From NCBI RefSeq assembly GCF_009914755.1, contig NC_060926.1: a stretch of DNA of 64,000 nt. One strand, given 5' to 3'. Positions 58,501-64,000 of this stretch are shown here, piece after piece. The notes under the pieces were generated by a model, which searched no databases, had not been told where the DNA came from, and saw nothing but the letters and a program-made list of their open reading frames with translations. This DNA comes from the human T2T-CHM13v2.0 reference genome, Homo sapiens. Position 1 is the first letter of the stretch. Each line of letters begins with the position of its first letter. The position numbers and the translations under genes were made by a program.

Positions 58501-61500
58501 AACAGAACGGAATAATCAAATGGAAACGAATGGAATCATCATTGAATGGAATCGAATGGTATCATCAAATGCACTTGAATGGAATCATCAATGAATGCAA
58601 TCGAATGGTATAATCGAATGGAATCAAATGGAATCATCTTTGAGTGGAACCTAAAGGAATCGCCAAATGGACTCCAATGGAATAATCATCATATGGAATC
58701 GAGTGGAATCATCGAATGTACTCGAATGGAATCATCGAATGTACTCGAATGGAATCATCGAATGGAATCGAATGGAATCATGGTCGAACGGAAAAGAATG
58801 GAATCATCAAGTGGACACGAATGGAATCAACATCTAATGGAATGGAATGGAATCATCAAATGGAATGGAATGGAATCATCATTGAATGGAATAAAATGGA
58901 ATAATCAAATGGAATCAAATGGAATAATCAATGAATGGAATCGAATGGTATCATGGAATGGAATTGAATGGAAACGTCTTTGAGTGGAATCTAAAGGAAT
59001 CACCGAATGGACTCCAATCATCAGATGGAATCGAGTGGAATCATCGAATGTAGTCGAATGCAATCATCATCGAATGGAATTGAATGGAATCAACGAATGG
59101 AATACAAAGGAATCATAGAATGGACTCGAATGGAATCATCATTGAATGGAATGAAATGGAATCATCATGGAATGGAATTGAATGGAATCATGGAATGGAC
59201 TCAAATGGAATCATCATCGAATGAAATCGTATGGAATCATCGAATGCAACTGAATGGAATCATTGAATGGACTTGAAAGGAATTATTATGGAATGGAATT
59301 GAATGGAATCATTGAATGGACTTGAAAGGAATCATCATCAAGTGGAATCGAATGGAATCGTTGAATGGACTCGAATTGAATCTTTGAATGGAATCGAATG
59401 GAATCATCATTGAATGGAGTCAAATGGAATCATCATCAAATGGAATTGAATGGAATCTTCATTGAATGGACTCGAATGGAATCATCATCAAATGGAATCT
59501 AATCGAATCATCAATGAAGGGAATCGAATGGAATCATCATCGAATGGAATCGAATGGAATCATCAACAAGTGGAAACGAATGAAATCATCGAATGGAATC
59601 CAATGGTGTCATCGAATGGACACGAAAGGAATCATCGAATGGAATCAAATGGAATCACCATCGAATGAAATCAAATGGAATCACCATCGAATGGAATCTT
59701 ATGAAATCATCTCATGGACTCTAAGGGAATCATCATCGAATGGAATCGAATGGAATCATTGAATGAAATGGAAAGGAATCACCATCGAATGGAATGTTAT
59801 GGAATCTTCTAATGGACTCGAAGGGAATCATCATCGAATGGAATCGAATGGAATCATTGAATGCAATTGAATGGAATCATCATCAAATGGAATCGAATGG
59901 AATCATCGAATGGAATCTGAATGGAATCATCAATGAATGGAATCAAATGGAATCATCTAATGGACGTGAATGGAATCATCATCGAAAGCAATGAAATGTA
60001 ATTCAATCGAATGGACATGAATGGAATCATCATTGAATGGAATCAAATGGAATCCTCATCGAATGGAATCGAATGGAATCATCAAATGGAATAGAATGGA
60101 GTCATCGTCGAATGTAATCGAATGTAATCATCGAATGGCATCGAATGGAATCATCGACTGGAAAAGAATGGAATCATCATCGAATGGAAATGAATAGAAT
60201 CACAGAATGAAATCGAATGGAATCATCATCGAATGGAGTCTAATGGAATAATCATCGAATGGAATAGAATGGAATCATCGAGTGGACACGAATGGAATCA
60301 TCATTGAATGCAATCGAATAGAATCATCAAATGGACTTGAATGGAAACAACATCGAATGGAATCGAATTTAGTCATTGATTGGCATTGAGTGGAATCATC
60401 ATTGAATGGAATCTACGGAAATCATCGAATGGACTTGAGTGGAATCATCGAATGGACTGGAGTGGAATCATCGAATGGACTCGAGGGGAATCATCATTGA
60501 ATGGAATCTAGTGGAATCATTGAATGGACTCGAATGGAATAATCGAATGGGCTTGAGTGGAATCATCATCAAATGGAATCAAATGGAATCATCAAATGGA
60601 CTTGAATGGAAACAACATCGAATGGAATCGAATTTAGTCATTGAATTGCACTGAGTGGAATCATCATTGAATGGAATCTAAGGAAATCATCGAATGGACT
60701 CGAGTGGAATCATCGAATGGACTCGAGGGGAATCATCATCGAATGGAATGGACTGTAATCATCGATTGGACTCGAATGGAATCATCATTGAATGGAATCG
60801 AATGGAATCAACGAATGGACTCGAATAGAATCATCATCGAATGGAATCGAATGGAATCAAAGAATGGACTCTAATGGAGTCATCATCAAATGGAATCTAA
60901 TGGAATCATCTAATGGACCTGAAAGGAATCATCATTGAATGGAATCGAATGGAATCATCGAATGGACTCGAATGGAATCATCATCGAATGGAATCTAATG
61001 GAATCATTGAATGGACTCGAATGGAATAATCGAATGGGCTTGAGTGGAATCATCATCAAATGGAATCGAATGCAATCATCAAATGGACTCGAATGGAATC
61101 ATCGTCAAATGGAATCGAATGGAATCATCATCAAAGGGAATCGAATGGAATCCTCATCGAATGGAATCGAACGGAATCATCATCGAATGGAATCACCAAA
61201 TTGAATCGAATGGAATGATCGTCAAAGACAATCGAAGGGAAACATCGAATGGGATTGAACGGAGTCATCGAATGGAATCGATAGGAATCATCGAATGGAT
61301 TCAAATGCAATCATCATCAAATGGAAACGAACGGAATCATCGAATGGACACGAATGGAATCATCATCAAATAGAATTGAATGGAATCATCAAATGGCATC
61401 GAATGGAATCACCATTGAATGGAATCGAATGGAATCATCGAATGGCATCGAATGGAATCATCATCGAATAAAATCAAATGGAATAATCGAATGTACTCGA

Positions 61501-62129
61501 ATGGAATCATCAAATGGATTTGAGAGGAATCATCATCGAATGGAATTGAACAGAATCATCAAATGGACTCGAATGGAATCCTCATTGAATGGAATCGAAT
61601 GGAATCATTCAATGGAGTCGAATGGAATAATCAGCAAATGGAATCGAATGGAATCATTGAATATCAACGAATGGAATCATCATCGAATGGAGTCGAATGG
61701 AATCATCAAACGAACTCGAATGCAATCATCATAGAATGGAATCGAATGGAATCTTTGAATGGACCTGAATGGAATCATCATCGAATGCAAACGAATGGAA
61801 TCATCATCAAATGGAATCACATGGAATCATCAAATGGAAAAGAATTGAATAATCATAGAAAGGAATTGAACAGAATCATCGAATGAAACCGAATGGAATC
61901 ATCATCGAATGGAATCGAATGGAATCATCATCGAATGCAATTGAATGGAATCATCATCGAATGGAATCGAATGGAATCACCAACGAATGGAATTCAAAGG
62001 AATCATCATCGAATGGAACCAAATAGAATCATCAGATGGACTCGAAAGGAATCATTGAATGGACTCGAATGGAGTTGTCATCGAATGGAATCAAATGGAA
62101 TCATCGAACAGAATTGAATCGAATCCTCA
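55564..62129 (+). repeat. Higher-order unit 10 (6566 bp, type B)
   Basis: Marker at 55564, next at 62130. ACGCGT is mutated to ACGTGT at 57342. Confidence 0.9.
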
Positions 62130-64000
62130 TTGAATGAAATCAAATGGAATCATCGAATGGACTCGAATGGAAGCAATATCAAATGGAATCGAAAGGAATC
62201 ATGGAATGCATTCAAAGGGAATAATCAAATGGACTCAAATGGAATCAACATCAAGTGGAATCGAAAGGAATCATCGAATGGACAGGAATGGAATCATCAT
62301 CGAATGGAATCGAATGGAATCATCGAATGGACATGAATGGAATCACTATCCAATGGAACCGAATGGAATCATCATGGAATGGAACCGGAAGGAGTCGTCA
62401 TCAAATGGAATCCAATGAAATCATTGAATGGACTCGAATGGAATCATCATCAACTGGAATTGAATGGAATCATCGAACGGACTCCAGTGGAATCATCGGA
62501 GAATGGAATCGAATGGAATTATCAAACGGACTCAAATGGAATAAACTTTGAATGGAATCGAGGGGAATCATCAAATGGAATCGAATGCAATCATTGAACG
62601 GAATCGAATGGCATCACCGAATGGAATCCAATGGAATCACCATTGAATGGACTCGAATGGAATCATCATTGAATGGAATCGAATGGAATCATCGAATGGA
62701 CTCGAATGGAATCATCATCAATTGGAATCAAATGGAATCATCGAATGGAATCGAAAGGAATCATCATCAACTGTAATGAACTGGAATCATTGAATGGAAT
62801 CGAATGGAATCGTCATCAAAAATAATCGAATAGAATAATCAAATGGAATCAAATGCAATCAACATCAAATGGAATCGAATGGAATCCTAGAATGACATCG
62901 AATGGAATCCTCATCGAATGGAATCAAAGGGAATCAATATCGAATGGAATCGAAAGCAATCATTGAATGGACTTGAATACAATCATCAAATGGATTTGAA
63001 GGGAATCCTCATTGAATGGAATAGAACAAAAACATTGAATGGACACGAATGGAATCATCATCGAATGGAATCAAATGGAGTCATCAAATGGACTCGAATG
63101 GAATCATCATCAAATGGGATCATCATCAAATGGAATCGAATGGAGTCATCGAATGGACACGAATGAATGAACAAATGGACTCGAATGGAAACATCAAATA
63201 GAATCGAATGGAATCATCGAAAGGAATTGAATGGAATTATTGAATGGACTCGAATGGAATCATCTAATGGACACGAATGGAATAATCATAAAATGGAATC
63301 GAATGGAATCATCAAATGGACTCGAATGAATGGAATCATTGAATGGACTCGAATGGAATCATCGAATGGACTCAAATGGAATCATCATCAAATGGACTCG
63401 AATGGAATCATCACATGGAATCAAACCGAATCGTCATCGAATGGAATCGAATGGAATCATCGAATGGAATTGAAGGCAATCATCATCGAATGGAATCGAA
63501 TGGAATCATCATCAAATGGAATCAAGCGGAAGGAATCATCAAATGGAATCAAATGGAATCATTGTTGAATGGAATGGAATGGAATCATTGAATGGAATTG
63601 AATGGGATCACCAATGAACGGAATCAAATGGAATCATCTTCTAATGGAATCGAAAGGAATCATCAAATACACTCGAATGGAATCATCATCGAATGGAATC
63701 GTGTGGAATCGTCGAATGGACTGGAAATGAATCATAATCAAATGCAATTAAAATGAATCATCATCGAAAGGAATCACATGGAATCATCATCGAATGGAAT
63801 CATGTAGAAACATCACAGAATGGAATTGAATGGAATCATCAGTTGGACTCGAATGGAATCATCAAATGTACTCGAAGGGACGCGTCAAATGGACTCGAAC
63901 GGAATCATCATCGAATGGAATCGAATGGGATCATCGAAAGGACTCGAATCAAATCTTCAAAAGGACTCAAAGGGAATCATTGTAGAATGGAATTGAATAG
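62130..64000 (+). repeat. Higher-order unit 11 (partial; B-like start, A-like after ~63,390)
   Basis: Marker at 62130. ACGCGT at 63880. TCACATGGAATCAAACCG at ~63,411 is otherwise seen only in unit 1 (~1533). Confidence 0.85.

Larger units (their letters stand above)
1..64000 (+). repeat. Human satellite II (HSATII/HSat2) pericentromeric tandem array, GGAAT strand on +
   Basis: Continuous degenerate GAATG repeats with the HSat2 signature CATCATCGAATGGAATCGAATGGAAT and the variant GAATGGACTCGAATGG (reverse complement CATTCGATTC-type). TCGA is very frequent, unlike the purer (GGAAT)n of HSat3. No non-satellite segment seen. Confidence 0.97.

Noticed and set aside
3596-61480. AATAAA hexamers recurring in each unit, and TAATGGAATCA or GAA-rich motifs resembling DUX4 or HSF1 sites
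   Set aside because: These are one- or two-base variants of the satellite consensus and are expected by chance. They cannot be called regulatory sites without transcript or binding data.
44-63591. Hundreds of + strand ORFs (MESSSNGIEWNHH-type), including 195 aa at 8799/15105, 172 aa at 18318 and 179 aa at 44855
   Set aside because: These are translations of the satellite. ATG is part of GAATGG, the consensus monomer lacks stop codons, ORFs overlap in all three frames, and they open or close with random SNPs between units. No domain or gene structure is visible.
1-64000. CRISPR-like or other repeat-spacer array suggested by the 23-26 bp periodicity
   Set aside because: There are no unique spacers, leader or cas genes. 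All intervening sequence is the same satellite.
1-64000. HSat3/DYZ1, alpha satellite, telomeric repeat or EWS-FLI1-type GGAA microsatellite
   Set aside because: Pure GGAAT runs are about five copies or fewer and CATCATCGAAT dominates. I saw no 171 bp monomer, TTAGGG tract or (GGAA)n tract.
1-64000. Inversions or embedded Alu/L1/ERV insertions
   Set aside because: No switch to the CATTC strand, no poly(A) tail and no non-satellite stretch was seen on reading the window.

Overview
The whole 64 kb window is one uninterrupted, single-orientation array of human satellite II (HSATII/HSat2), with the GGAAT-rich strand on +. It is built from ~23 bp and ~26 bp monomers derived from (GAATG)n, e.g. CATCGAATGGAATCGAATGGAAT. 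I see no protein-coding genes, RNA genes, transposon insertions or inversions, and the ORF track is an artefact of the repeat. The informative signal is the architecture. A ~6.3-6.6 kb higher-order unit occurs about ten times, in two lineages: type A (~6.3 kb, mostly 1-22.9 kb) and type B (~6.57-6.59 kb, ~22.9-63.4 kb). There are two very recent whole-unit tandem duplications (periods 6306 and 6571 bp) and four homology-bounded deletions (~1.64 kb, 823, 1036 and 219 bp). There is also an out-of-register A/B junction and long-range recurrence of private variants at offsets of 17,639, ~25,050 and 31,617 bp. Offsets come from matching ORF-track coordinates and reading marker k-mers by eye, not from an alignment. 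I found no evidence of a new gene-based system.
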